From the NCBI GenBank assembly GCA_964420065.1, contig CAYQQK010000007.1, positions 5,462 through 69,461 of the forward strand: a DNA stretch of 64,000 nt, in the 5' to 3' direction. Of the stretch, positions 46,307-55,562 are shown piece by piece. Position numbers and translations under genes: made by a program. The notes beneath the pieces were generated by a model. It made no database searches. It was not told where the DNA came from and saw only the letters and a program-made list of their open reading frames with translations. The stretch comes from an uncultured Syntrophomonadaceae bacterium (GTDB taxonomy: Bacteria; Bacillota; Dethiobacteria; DTU022). Within the stretch, counting starts at the first letter, position 1. Every line of letters starts with the position of its first letter.

Positions 46307-47236
46307 TTGAAAAATCTTTTATTCCGGTTGCTGATGGCTGGATTGTCCTTGTGGCTGATTGTTTCAATCACTTTCGCTTTGATGCACCTGATCCCGGGAG
46401 GGCCGTTTCAACGCGAAAGGGCGGTCCCGCCGGCGATCGAGGCCTGCCTTGAAGCTCGTTACAGGCTCGATCAACCGCTCGCGGTACAGTACCGGGATTA
46501 CCTTTGCTGCCTGTTCCGGGGAGACCTGGGGCCTTCCTTTCGATACAGGGGTCGTACGGTCAACGCGATCATTGCGAGCACGTTTCCGATCTCCGCCCGG
46601 CTGGGTCTGGTTGCGCTGGCGATTGTGCTGCTGACGGGGATCCCCGCCGGTATTGCCGCCGCCGTGCATCACCGGAAATGGCCCGATCACCTGGTAATGC
46701 TGGGGAGCACGATTGCTGCAGCCGTGCCCGGTTTCATTCTGGCAACCGTGTTGCTTTATTTTTTCGCCTACCGCTGGCGGCTGTTGCCGCCGGCGTTGTG
46801 GGGCACAGCAAAGCACGTGCTCATGCCGGCCGCCGCCCTGGCGGCCTTTCCTGCCGCTTCCGTCGCCCGCCTGACCAGAGCCAATCTGATCGAAGTTCTA
46901 TCCCGGGATTACATCCTGGCTGCCCGGGCGAAAGGATTGCGGCCCGGCCGGATCATCCTGGTTCATGGTTTAAAGAACGCATTGATTCCGGTTATCGCTT
47001 TTTTGGGACCGCTCGCGGCCATGTTGCTGACCGGCAGCTTTATTATTGAAAACATTTTCGCGATCCCGGGCCTGGGTCGTCATTTTGTGACCAGCATTTA
47101 CAACCGCGACTATACCGTGATCGCCGGGGTAACCGTTTTTTATAGCCTGCTCTTGATTGCCCTGAATTTGCTGGCGGATACCGTCCATGCCCTGCTTGAT
47201 CCGCGGATCAGGTTCCGGCACGGGGAGCCGGTCTGA
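46307..47236 (+). CDS. oppB: Peptide ABC transporter permease
   Basis: LIPGGPF, LDQPL..QY..YL, GDLGPSF, ARLTR, DYILAARAKGL, HGLKNALIPV, IENIFAIPGLG; TTG 46307 after GGAGG. Confidence 0.93.
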   Translation: MKNLLFRLLMAGLSLWLIVSITFALMHLIPGGPFQRERAVPPAIEACLEARYRLDQPLAVQYRDYLCCLFRGDLGPSFRYRGRTVNAIIASTFPISARLGLVALAIVLLTGIPAGIAAAVHHRKWPDHLVMLGSTIAAAVPGFILATVLLYFFAYRWRLLPPALWGTAKHVLMPAAALAAFPAASVARLTRANLIEVLSRDYILAARAKGLRPGRIILVHGLKNALIPVIAFLGPLAAMLLTGSFIIENIFAIPGLGRHFVTSIYNRDYTVIAGVTVFYSLLLIALNLLADTVHALLDPRIRFRHGEPV

Positions 47237-47237
47237 C

Positions 47238-48176
47238 ATGCCCTTTGATGCCCGCCTCTTTCAGCCGCTGCAGACTGCATCCGGTGCAAGCCCGCAGTCA
47301 TTGCCGGTTGCCCCCCGGCAGCGGACCTGGCAGCGGTTGAAAAAAAAACCGGCAGCCATGGCCGGTTTGGTGATAATCTCCATTTTGGTCCTGGCGTCTT
47401 TGCTCGGGCCGTTGCTTTCTCCGTACACCTATTCTCACCAGGATCTTGGCATAACACTGCAGGGGCCAAGCCGGGAGCACTGGTTTGGCACCGATTACCT
47501 GGGCCGGGATCTGTTTGTTCGAACCATGTCCGGGGCGCGTGTTTCCCTATCGATTGGTCTGGTTGCCGCTTTTTCGGCAACGATCATCGGTGTCATTTAC
47601 GGGGGTATGGCCGGGTTGGCCGGGGGATGGCTGGATTTTGCCTTGATGCGCCTGGTGGACATCATCCATGGCATCCCTTTTTTGCTCTGGGTCATTTTGC
47701 TGATCGTTATTTTACGGGAATCGTTTCTTTTTACCGGCGGTCCGGGGCCGGGCCCGGCCGGACTTTACATTGCCCTGGGCCTGGTTTTCTGGTTGCCGAT
47801 GGCCAGGCAGGTGCGGGCACAGGTTCGGAGCTTGAAGGAAAAGGAATTTATTTTGGCGGCGCGCGTTACCGGGGTTTCCCGGGGACGCTTGCTGCGGCGA
47901 CATTTGTTGCCCAACTGCCTCGGTACGATCGTGATCAACGCGCTCCTCACCATCCCCGAGGCTATTTTTGCCGAGGCGTGGCTCAGTTTTGCCGGCTTGG
48001 GTGTGTCCGCTCCCCGAGCCAGCTGGGGGGTACTGGCCGGCGATGCCGTGATCTATTTGAAAACGGCGCCGCACCTGCTCTTTTTCCCCGCCGTTTTGAT
48101 CTGCCTGACCCTGCTCGCTTTTAATTACCTGGGCGAGGGTTTGCGTGAGGCCTTGAATCCGCAAACCGGCCGGTGA
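47238..48176 (+). CDS. oppC: Peptide ABC transporter permease
   Basis: HWFGTDYLGRDL, GARVSL, ARQVRAQ, EFILAA, HLLPN, EAWLSFAGLG, FNYLGEGLR. Confidence 0.93.
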   Translation: MPFDARLFQPLQTASGASPQSLPVAPRQRTWQRLKKKPAAMAGLVIISILVLASLLGPLLSPYTYSHQDLGITLQGPSREHWFGTDYLGRDLFVRTMSGARVSLSIGLVAAFSATIIGVIYGGMAGLAGGWLDFALMRLVDIIHGIPFLLWVILLIVILRESFLFTGGPGPGPAGLYIALGLVFWLPMARQVRAQVRSLKEKEFILAARVTGVSRGRLLRRHLLPNCLGTIVINALLTIPEAIFAEAWLSFAGLGVSAPRASWGVLAGDAVIYLKTAPHLLFFPAVLICLTLLAFNYLGEGLREALNPQTGR

Positions 48177-48197
48177 GCCCGTAAGGGATGGTGAACC

Positions 48198-49193
48198 GTG
48201 GGTGCCTTGCTCGCAGTCAATCGGGTCGAAGTCCAATTCGAAACGCCGGCCGGTGTGCTCAGGGCGGTCCGCGGGGTTAGCTTTACCCTGGAGCCCGGCG
48301 AGGTGCTGGCTATCGTGGGAGAATCGGGTGGCGGCAAAAGTGTAATCGCCCGTTCGATCATGCGTCTGATCCCGGATCCGCCCGGTCAAATTACCGGCGG
48401 CTCGATCCGGTTTGACGGGGAGGAGCTCCTTCATAAAACCGAAAAGCAGATGCAAAAGATCCGGGGCAATAGCATCGGTATGGTTTTCCAGGATCCTTTC
48501 AGTCATCTCAACCCGGTTTTGACCATCGGGACGCAGCTCACGGAAGGTATGCGCCTGCATCGGGCTTTGACTGCCGGTCGTGCCCGGCGCAGGGCCGTCG
48601 CACTGCTGAGCCGGGTAGGCCTTCCGGAGCCGGAACGATGTTTGAAACTGTACCCGCACCAGTGCAGCGGAGGGATGCGCCAACGGATCATGATCGCCAT
48701 GGCGCTTGCCTGCAATCCAAAACTGATCCTGGCCGATGAACCCACCAGTGCTCTGGACGTAACCATCCAGGCCCAGGTTCTGGAGATTTTCCGGCAAATC
48801 AGGGAGGAACGCCGCACCGCCATGATCCTGATCACCCACGACCTGGGAGTGGTCGCAGGCCTGGCTGACCGGGTCCTGGTGCTGTATGCCGGCTGGGCGA
48901 TTGAAACCGGCCCGGTCGAGGCTGTTCTGACCGGCCCGCTGCACCCGTACACGCGGGGGTTACTGCATTCTGTACCGGGCTTGGACATGGGGCCGGAAAA
49001 AAGGTTGGTTCCTGTTCGGGGCCGCCCGCCGGATCCGGTCCTGCAACCGGCGGGACAATGTCCTTTTTTACCCCGCTGTGATTATGCGCGGCAGATCTGT
49101 TCCCGGGTCTTACCTCCATTTTTCCGGAAAAATAGTCTGCACCGGGTCCGTTGCTGGCTGCAACACCCTTTGGCGCCTCATGAACATGAGTAA
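48198..49193 (+). CDS. oppD: Peptide ABC transporter ATP-binding protein
   Basis: GESGGGKS, MVFQDP, YPHQCSGGMRQR, ADEPTSALD, ITHDL, HPYTRGL, CPFLPRC. Confidence 0.93.
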   Translation: MGALLAVNRVEVQFETPAGVLRAVRGVSFTLEPGEVLAIVGESGGGKSVIARSIMRLIPDPPGQITGGSIRFDGEELLHKTEKQMQKIRGNSIGMVFQDPFSHLNPVLTIGTQLTEGMRLHRALTAGRARRRAVALLSRVGLPEPERCLKLYPHQCSGGMRQRIMIAMALACNPKLILADEPTSALDVTIQAQVLEIFRQIREERRTAMILITHDLGVVAGLADRVLVLYAGWAIETGPVEAVLTGPLHPYTRGLLHSVPGLDMGPEKRLVPVRGRPPDPVLQPAGQCPFLPRCDYARQICSRVLPPFFRKNSLHRVRCWLQHPLAPHEHE

Positions 49194-50193
49194 GCGTTCT
49201 TTTTCGCCCGGTGGCGGCAAAGGGATTCTAGACGTGCGCGATATGGCCAAACATTTTCCCCTGCAGGGCGGCATTTTGACCGGCCGGTCTTTCGCCAGAG
49301 CGGTGGACGGGGTTTCGTTTACGATCCGGGCCGGGGAAACACTGGGGCTGGTCGGGGAAAGCGGTTGCGGGAAAACTACCGCCGGGCGCACTGCAATCGG
49401 GCTCTACCGGCCGACCCGTGGGAAAGTATATTTCAAGGGAAGCAATCTGTTTGCTGCCCCAAAAAGCGTACGAACCCTTTTGCGGCGGCAGATGCAAATG
49501 GTTTTTCAGGACCCCTCTGCCGCTTTGAATCCCTGCTTGACGGTGGAGGAAAGCGTGGGAGAGCCCTTGCAGATCTACCGTCTGACTGCCGGGAAAAAGG
49601 AGAGGCGGGAGCGGGTGCGTGATCTGTTACACCTGGTGGGGCTAAACCCCGGGCTCATGCACCGCTACCCGCACCAATGCAGCGGAGGCGAGTGCCAGCG
49701 GATCGGTATTGCCCGCGCCCTGGCCGGTGAACCGGAATTTATCGTTTTTGATGAACCGGTAGCGGCGGTAGATGTCTCGGTTCAGGCTCAGATTATTGAT
49801 AAACTGGAAGGGTTGCAGAATCTGTTCAACCTCTCATATCTGTTTATCTCCCACAATATTGCCCTGGTTTGCTACATCGCGGACCGGGTGGCGGTGATGT
49901 ATCTGGGTAAAATAATGGAGATCAATTACAGCGGCCGGCTCGGCCGTCCGCCGCTTCACCCCTATACCGAAGCCCTTCTTGCGGCTGTTCCCGTTGCCGA
50001 CCCCCGGGTTGAGCGCCGGCGGAAGCAACACCTCCTTGCCGGAGAAGTGCCGGGTTCGATCCACCCGCCCGCCGGTTGCCGTTTTCACAACCGCTGTAAA
50101 AGGGTTCAGCCCCGCTGCCGTTTCGAAGAGCCTGCACTGGTGGAACTGCAACGCGATCACTGGGTTGCCTGCCACCACTATCCCCCGCCCTAA
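49180..50193 (+). CDS. oppF: Peptide ABC transporter ATP-binding protein
   Basis: AVDGVSF, GESGCGKT, YPHQCSGGECQR, DEPVAAVD, ISHN, HPYTEALL, GCRFHNRC, VACH. Confidence 0.93.
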   Translation: MNMSKRSFSPGGGKGILDVRDMAKHFPLQGGILTGRSFARAVDGVSFTIRAGETLGLVGESGCGKTTAGRTAIGLYRPTRGKVYFKGSNLFAAPKSVRTLLRRQMQMVFQDPSAALNPCLTVEESVGEPLQIYRLTAGKKERRERVRDLLHLVGLNPGLMHRYPHQCSGGECQRIGIARALAGEPEFIVFDEPVAAVDVSVQAQIIDKLEGLQNLFNLSYLFISHNIALVCYIADRVAVMYLGKIMEINYSGRLGRPPLHPYTEALLAAVPVADPRVERRRKQHLLAGEVPGSIHPPAGCRFHNRCKRVQPRCRFEEPALVELQRDHWVACHHYPPP

Positions 50194-50202
50194 AAAGAGT
50201 CC

Positions 50203-50754
50203 TCAGGAGCACTTTGTCCTTTCCCGGGCAGGAACTTGCATCCCCTCCTGGATGAAAAGGAGCAGCCCGGCGGCCAGGGCAATATCACCCAGGCTGATTA
50301 CTTTGTGCTTGCCGTAGGGCAAGCGTAAAGTATCAGCCAGGAAGACCAGACGGGTTTCCCCATCCAGGGGGGCATGGACCGGGCTGGCGCTGCCGCTCAG
50401 CAGCTCTTCCCGGTACGGGGATTTGAGGCGGTTCGGGTCCACCGGCATCCGCCCGCCATTGAAACCGATCACCGCCAGGTTCATCACCAGGCCCAGACAG
50501 AACAGGCTCATGCCCCGGTGGCGCCGGTTCAGGAAAATAAAGACAAGCAGGAGCAGGTAGGAGAAGAGGTGCAAAAAAGGGGTCAGAGCAATGAGGTAAC
50601 GAAGGGTATAGAAATCCACCCACAGTGTTGCCTGCAAGAGCAATGCCCCTGCAGCCAGCCAAAAACCGGTTAGGTTGACCTTGTTCAAATGTCTGAAACG
50701 TCCCCGCCGTATCCAGCCGGTGAGAATCCCTATAAGAGCTGCTTCAGGAAACAC
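50203..50754 (-). CDS. DUF5317-family membrane protein
   Basis: Multi-TM protein with GLVMNLAVIGFNGGRMPV, H...D..TRLVFLAD, VISLGD; starts 4 nt after the HD-GYP stop. Confidence 0.8.
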   Translation of the reverse strand: MFPEAALIGILTGWIRRGRFRHLNKVNLTGFWLAAGALLLQATLWVDFYTLRYLIALTPFLHLFSYLLLLVFIFLNRRHRGMSLFCLGLVMNLAVIGFNGGRMPVDPNRLKSPYREELLSGSASPVHAPLDGETRLVFLADTLRLPYGKHKVISLGDIALAAGLLLFIQEGMQVPARERTKCS

Positions 50755-50758
50755 CAGG

Positions 50759-52135
50759 TTAGTCTTCCTTCCGTGTTTTATCTTTTCCCCCGCCGGTTAG
50801 GCCCGACTCCGGTGTTGTTTCCCGGACCAGACAGCTTTCCATTGTTGCGGCGGCTTCTTTTGTAAAAAGAGTGGCACTCTTTCTATTAAAAAAGGTCGTG
50901 GCCAGGTGGGGAAAGAGTTTTTCAAAGGCTTTCACTACCTTTGGGTCAAACTGGCTGCCCGCTCCAGATCGGATCTCCTCCAGGGCTTCAAGGGGCGGAA
51001 GGGCTTTGCGGTATGGGCGGTCGCTGATCATGGCATCAAACGAGTCGGCTATCGCCAGGATACGGGAACCCAAAGGAATGCTTTCCCCTTTCAAGCCGGA
51101 CGGATAGCCGGTGCCGTCCCAACGTTCGTGGTGGTGGCGGATGATGGCGGCGCCGTCCTGAAAGAAAGTAATGTTTTTGATCACATCACTGCCGATGGGG
51201 GCATGTTGTTCCATCTCTTGCAGTTCGGTGGGGGTAAGCTTTCCCGGCTTTTTGAGAATTGCTTCCGGGATGGCTACCTTGCCCACATCATGAATCATGG
51301 CGACGTACTGAAACAGGTTCACCCGGTCTTCCGCCCATTTCATCTGCCGGGCCAGTGCCACGGCCAGTTTTGCCACCCGTGCCGAATGGCCCCGGGTGTA
51401 GGGATCCTTGGCGTCGATGACTTTTGACAGGCTCATCATGGTATCCAGGAACGCTCGTCGCATATCCATATAGGATTGGAAAGAGTGGCGGGCCAAAACC
51501 AGGGGGACCAGGAAAAGGACGAGGCCCCAAAAACCGATATGAACATAGATCAAGGAAACCAGAATACCCAGCGGGGCCATACTCAGAAAGTTGGGGGTAG
51601 CCCACTTGACGTTGGTCAACCAGATCGAATATGGATTTTCGTGGTAGATGATTGCCAGGACAACGGTAAACATCGAACTGTTTGCGATAAAACAAAACAG
51701 CAGGGACGCCAGTACGGCCAGCAAATAACGCTCCGAGATAACCAGCCCGTTCGGATTGATCAGGCGAAATATGGCGGCCGATAACCCGGAGGTAAGCGTG
51801 AGTTGCGCGGCATTAAAAATATATTGAGAGCGACTACGTCCCTTGCGCAATGAGAAAAAATCTCCGGCGACGGTAATCAACACCACCAGAAAAGGCTGGA
51901 AAAGAAGGATCGAGGCAAACATGGAGGCAAAACTGACCGAAACAACACCACCCCGGGGCAGAGTAACCGGGTAACAGTCGGTAAGGAAAGATAAAAAAAG
52001 AAAAATACCCACTGAAAACCAATGGACCTCGTTCCAATCCGTCTTCAGGAACAGGCATGTGGCTGTGATCAACGCGAGGACAACCAAGAAAGCGATATAA
52101 ACCCTGGCTCTTAAAGGCAGTTTCAATTGTTCCAT
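50759..52135 (-). CDS. Membrane-sensor HD-GYP cyclic-dinucleotide phosphodiesterase
   Basis: About 7-8 N-terminal TM segments; IDAKDPYTRGHSARV, HDVGK, HHHERWDGTGYP, AIADSFDAMISDRPYR all intact. Confidence 0.92.
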   Translation of the reverse strand: MEQLKLPLRARVYIAFLVVLALITATCLFLKTDWNEVHWFSVGIFLFLSFLTDCYPVTLPRGGVVSVSFASMFASILLFQPFLVVLITVAGDFFSLRKGRSRSQYIFNAAQLTLTSGLSAAIFRLINPNGLVISERYLLAVLASLLFCFIANSSMFTVVLAIIYHENPYSIWLTNVKWATPNFLSMAPLGILVSLIYVHIGFWGLVLFLVPLVLARHSFQSYMDMRRAFLDTMMSLSKVIDAKDPYTRGHSARVAKLAVALARQMKWAEDRVNLFQYVAMIHDVGKVAIPEAILKKPGKLTPTELQEMEQHAPIGSDVIKNITFFQDGAAIIRHHHERWDGTGYPSGLKGESIPLGSRILAIADSFDAMISDRPYRKALPPLEALEEIRSGAGSQFDPKVVKAFEKLFPHLATTFFNRKSATLFTKEAAATMESCLVRETTPESGLTGGGKDKTRKED

Positions 52136-52186
52136 TATTTTACCCCGTAGTTAACATGGAATGAAGCCGGCGGATGGAGGGTTAAC

Positions 52187-52264
52187 TTACCACTTGAAAA
52201 GGGCCCCTCCGGCAAGGATCAGGGCTGCAAGGGCAACAAGAACTTTCAGGACAGTAAGCCTCAC
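52187..52264 (-). CDS. 25-aa hydrophobic peptide MRLTVLKVLVALAALILAGGALFKW (putative signalling-peptide precursor)
   Basis: Not in the ORF track; GTG at 52264 preceded by perfect SD AGGAGGT (52278-52272) with 7-nt spacing; TAA at 52189-52187; 51 nt upstream of the HD-GYP ATG. Confidence 0.8.
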   Translation of the reverse strand: MRLTVLKVLVALAALILAGGALFKW

Positions 52265-52557
52265 GGTTTTTACCTCCTCTGCACTGTCCTCAGCAGCTTT
52301 CCGCTAAGGGCCGCCGGTATGCGCTCCGCTCTTGTGTCCGCTCGTTTTAAAGATGAAAGCATCTGTGCAATTTCCTTACCGCCGGCTTCAATTTTAAGAT
52401 CTGTTCCAGGTAGTAAACAGGTTTGCTCATTTTTCCCTACACTCACCTTTACTGGGAAAGATGGGGTGGTGGGGTTACTTCTCCTCCTTTGAAAGTAACA
52501 AGATGATGATCTATTTCCTTTCCTTAAAAATAAAACGGGTTATCGGCAGGCAAGGGG

Positions 52558-53268
52558 CTATTTATGGTCAATCACGGCCAACCTGCGGTTCATTGCATCC
52601 AGAGTGGCTTTGGCGGTGGCTTCAAGCGGGTCTCCCTTGTCCAGAGCCGTTCCCAACAGTATTTCTTCCCGGTCACCTAGATGATGTGATACGAACACGA
52701 CAATGATTTCCTGTCCCGAGAGATTGATCTGGTGCACGGCGTCGGCATTCAAGTTTTTGGAGATACATTGTCCATTTATAACCGCATCCAGCGTAGCCCG
52801 GGCGACCAGATGGAGACGGTTGCGGCTGGTGTTGGGGCCGGAGGCTGTGCCTTTGAACCGGTCGTTGCCCAGGGCGATGGTGGTAAAGACATCGATTTCC
52901 TGTCTGCCGGCAACACAGCCTATTTCAACCAGCTTGAAACGTGGGAGGGACCGGGCAATCTGTTTTTCCTTCCGGTCAAGCTGAGCAATGCTGATGCATT
53001 TATGATCGATCGGCAAACCCAACTTGACCAGGATCGCCGATTCGATATCCCGTACAACTTGTTTCGGGGAACGGCTGGAGTCGGCCAGAACATGGATTTC
53101 GACGATCTCCCGATCTTTGCAAACTACCCGGGACGACAGTACACCCTGGACCTGGGCAATGATATTTTCAATACTTCTGTCCGGTTGCTCGGGCTGGCCT
53201 GAAATCGCATTATCCTCCCTTAACCCATTATAACCTTTGATGACAGGTTTGTCCAAATATTGGTGCAA
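52558..53268 (-). CDS. Conserved-looking hypothetical protein with possible LeuA-regulatory-like C-terminal repeats
   Basis: N-terminal VQGVLSSRVV...IVEIHVLA...RSPKQVVRDIESA...IDHKCISIAQL; two similar helices GTASG...LVARATLDAV and GTALDKGDPLEATAKATLDAMNR. Confidence 0.8.
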   Translation of the reverse strand: MHQYLDKPVIKGYNGLREDNAISGQPEQPDRSIENIIAQVQGVLSSRVVCKDREIVEIHVLADSSRSPKQVVRDIESAILVKLGLPIDHKCISIAQLDRKEKQIARSLPRFKLVEIGCVAGRQEIDVFTTIALGNDRFKGTASGPNTSRNRLHLVARATLDAVINGQCISKNLNADAVHQINLSGQEIIVVFVSHHLGDREEILLGTALDKGDPLEATAKATLDAMNRRLAVIDHK

Positions 53269-53342
53269 GTTATGGAAAATGAACGATATTGTATTTCGCC
53301 TTCAAACAGGCAATTCCTCTATTCTCGAGGTGAAATATAACA

Positions 53343-55562
53343 TCAGCACTCACTGAAACCGCACGCTTCACACTTTAAACAGCCTTCGGCTCGAATCAAG
53401 GCGGCGGTGCCGCAATCGGGACAGATCTCGGTGCACGATAGGTTGTTGCTTTCAATTCCGGCATCATCGACCCGGGCCAGTTCCTTCAAGGCCCGTCCGA
53501 TGGCATCGGGGACGCTCATGATCCGGTTCGGACCGAAGCCGACCGAACGAGCGCCGCCGATTCCCGTCAATTGCGCCACGATTTCATCCACGCTCACCCC
53601 GCAGCGCAGGGCCAGGGAAACCAGTCGTGCCACCGCTTCGGTGAAGGCGACGACATCACTGCCGGCTTTGCCGATCTGCGCGAACAGTTCGAACGGTTTT
53701 CCGGCGACGGTGTTTACGGTGACAAAAAGGTTACCCAGGGCGGTGTGGACACTGGTGGTATTACCGACAAGCGTTTTCGGCCGTTTGGTCGGCTTGAGAT
53801 CGTCCTGGGCCGGACCCGTTCCGGTATGAAGGACCTGTTGCTGGCGGGAACCGTCCCGGTAGATCGTAATCCCCTTGCAGCCCGCCCTCCAGGCGGAAAG
53901 ATAGGCTTCCCGGACCTCTTCCGGGGCGGCTTCGTGGCGCAAGTTGATCGTTTTGCTGACGGCATTATCGGTATACTTTTGAAATGCAGCCTGATGGCGG
54001 ATATGCCAGGAAAGATCGATTTCAAGGGCGGTTTTGAACAGTTGCCGCGTTTTTTCGGGAAGCGGTATTTCTTCGGGCAGGCGGCCGGTTTTGGCGATGG
54101 CCCGGATCAGTGTTTCACTGTAAAGCCCTTCCTTTCGGGCTATTTCGAGAAAAACCGGGTTCACTTCGGGCAGGTCGATCCCCCCGAGAATATTCCGGCG
54201 GACAAAGGCGAGGCTGAAATAGGGTTCGATGCCGCTGCTGGCTCCGGCGAGGATGGAAATGGTGCCGGTCGGAGCGATGGTGGTACAGGTGGCGTTACGC
54301 ACGCGATCTTCCGGCCGCCCGGTGTCGTAGATGCTGCCCGGAAAAGCAGGGAAAACGCCCCGTTCTTCAGCCAGAGAGACCGATTCTCGCCGGGCCTCCG
54401 CACTGATGTATCCCATTATTTTTTCGGCCATGACCAGAGCTTCTTCGCTGTCGTAAGGGAGCCCAAGACGGACGAGGAGGTCATGCCAGCCCATCACGCC
54501 GAGGCCGATTTTCCGATTGCCAAATTTGTGCATCCGGGCGATCTCGTCGATAACATAGCTACTGGCATCAATGGCGTTATCAAGAAAGCGTACTGCGGTG
54601 TGCACCACCCGGCCGAGTTTGTCCCAGTCGACGGCGCCTTCGGGCGTGAAAAATTTGCCGAGATTGATCGATCCGAGGCAGCAGGCCTCGAAGGGCAGGA
54701 GGGGTTGTTCACCGCAAGGGTTGGTCGTTTCAAAACGTCCCCGGTGCGGGGTCGGGTTGGCTTCATTCATCCGGTCAATAAAAATAATGCCGGGATCCCC
54801 TTTGGACCATGCTTTTTCGACCATCAAGTCAAACACTTCACCGGCATCAAGCCGCGACGGCCGGTCAGCGAAGGGGTCCCGGTAAGGAAGGCCGGTACGC
54901 GGATTGATCAGGTCGTAGAAGGGATCGGGTTCTTCACCGGTGGCTTTACGCATAAATTCATCCGAGACGGAGACGGAAAGGTTGAAATTGGTGATCTCCT
55001 CTTCCTTTTCTTTGCAGCAGATAAATTCGATTATATTCGGATGGTTGTAGATCAGAGAACCCATGTTGGCCCCCCGGCGGGTGCCGCCCTGCTTGACCGC
55101 TTCGGTGGCGGCGTCGAAAATTTTCAAAAAAGAAAGCGGGCCGCTGGCCACCCCGTTGGTGGAACAGACAGTATCCCCGCTCGGTCTGAGGCGGTCAAAA
55201 GCAAATCCGGTGCCGCCGCCGGTTTTTTGAACCAGGGCCATCTGTTTAAGGGTTGTGAAAATGCCCTCCATGCTGTCTTCGATCGGGAGGACGAAGCAGG
55301 CGCTAAGCTGTTGCAGTTCCCGTCCGGCGTTCATTAAAGTGGGTGAGTTGGGCAGAAAGAGCGCATCGGCCATGATCCGGTAAAATTCCTTTTCCATTTC
55401 CCGTTCCGCCGTTTCATCTTTACCGTATTCGGTTTCCACAGCCGCAATATTTTTGGCGACGCGGTGTAAAAGATCGGCCGGGGTTTCTAGCGGTCGCCCC
55501 TTTTCGTCTTTCTTCAGGTATCTTTTTTCGTAGGTAATGCGGGCGTTTTCGGAAATATTCAA
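53343..55562 (-). CDS. nrdJ: Adenosylcobalamin-dependent (class II) ribonucleotide reductase
   Basis: FLPNSPTLMNAG, QLSACFVL, GGGTG, TTNPCGEQPL, RKIGLGVMG, TIAPTGTIS, DNAVSKTIN, KGITIYRDGSR, C-terminal TSCPD-like domain and CPDC...CEAC ribbon; TTG 55562 after GGAGGAG. Confidence 0.93.
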   Translation of the reverse strand: MNISENARITYEKRYLKKDEKGRPLETPADLLHRVAKNIAAVETEYGKDETAEREMEKEFYRIMADALFLPNSPTLMNAGRELQQLSACFVLPIEDSMEGIFTTLKQMALVQKTGGGTGFAFDRLRPSGDTVCSTNGVASGPLSFLKIFDAATEAVKQGGTRRGANMGSLIYNHPNIIEFICCKEKEEEITNFNLSVSVSDEFMRKATGEEPDPFYDLINPRTGLPYRDPFADRPSRLDAGEVFDLMVEKAWSKGDPGIIFIDRMNEANPTPHRGRFETTNPCGEQPLLPFEACCLGSINLGKFFTPEGAVDWDKLGRVVHTAVRFLDNAIDASSYVIDEIARMHKFGNRKIGLGVMGWHDLLVRLGLPYDSEEALVMAEKIMGYISAEARRESVSLAEERGVFPAFPGSIYDTGRPEDRVRNATCTTIAPTGTISILAGASSGIEPYFSLAFVRRNILGGIDLPEVNPVFLEIARKEGLYSETLIRAIAKTGRLPEEIPLPEKTRQLFKTALEIDLSWHIRHQAAFQKYTDNAVSKTINLRHEAAPEEVREAYLSAWRAGCKGITIYRDGSRQQQVLHTGTGPAQDDLKPTKRPKTLVGNTTSVHTALGNLFVTVNTVAGKPFELFAQIGKAGSDVVAFTEAVARLVSLALRCGVSVDEIVAQLTGIGGARSVGFGPNRIMSVPDAIGRALKELARVDDAGIESNNLSCTEICPDCGTAALIRAEGCLKCEACGFSEC

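Noticed and set aside
47712-48944. 410-aa minus-strand ORF
   Set aside because: Antisense shadow of oppC/oppD.
52279-52557. Possible c-di-GMP-I riboswitch upstream of the peptide/HD-GYP genes (AGCAAACCTGTT...AACAG on the minus strand)
   Set aside because: Lacks the GNRA tetraloop, the GACGCAAA junction and the P3 receptor; too partial to call. An Infernal scan would settle it.
53320-53345. nrdJ ends in TGA right after a Cys-rich tail (possible Sec)
   Set aside because: The CGFSEC ending is the normal C-terminus of this family, and read-through gives nothing motif-like.
53571-55337. 588-aa plus-strand ORF
   Set aside because: Antisense shadow of nrdJ.
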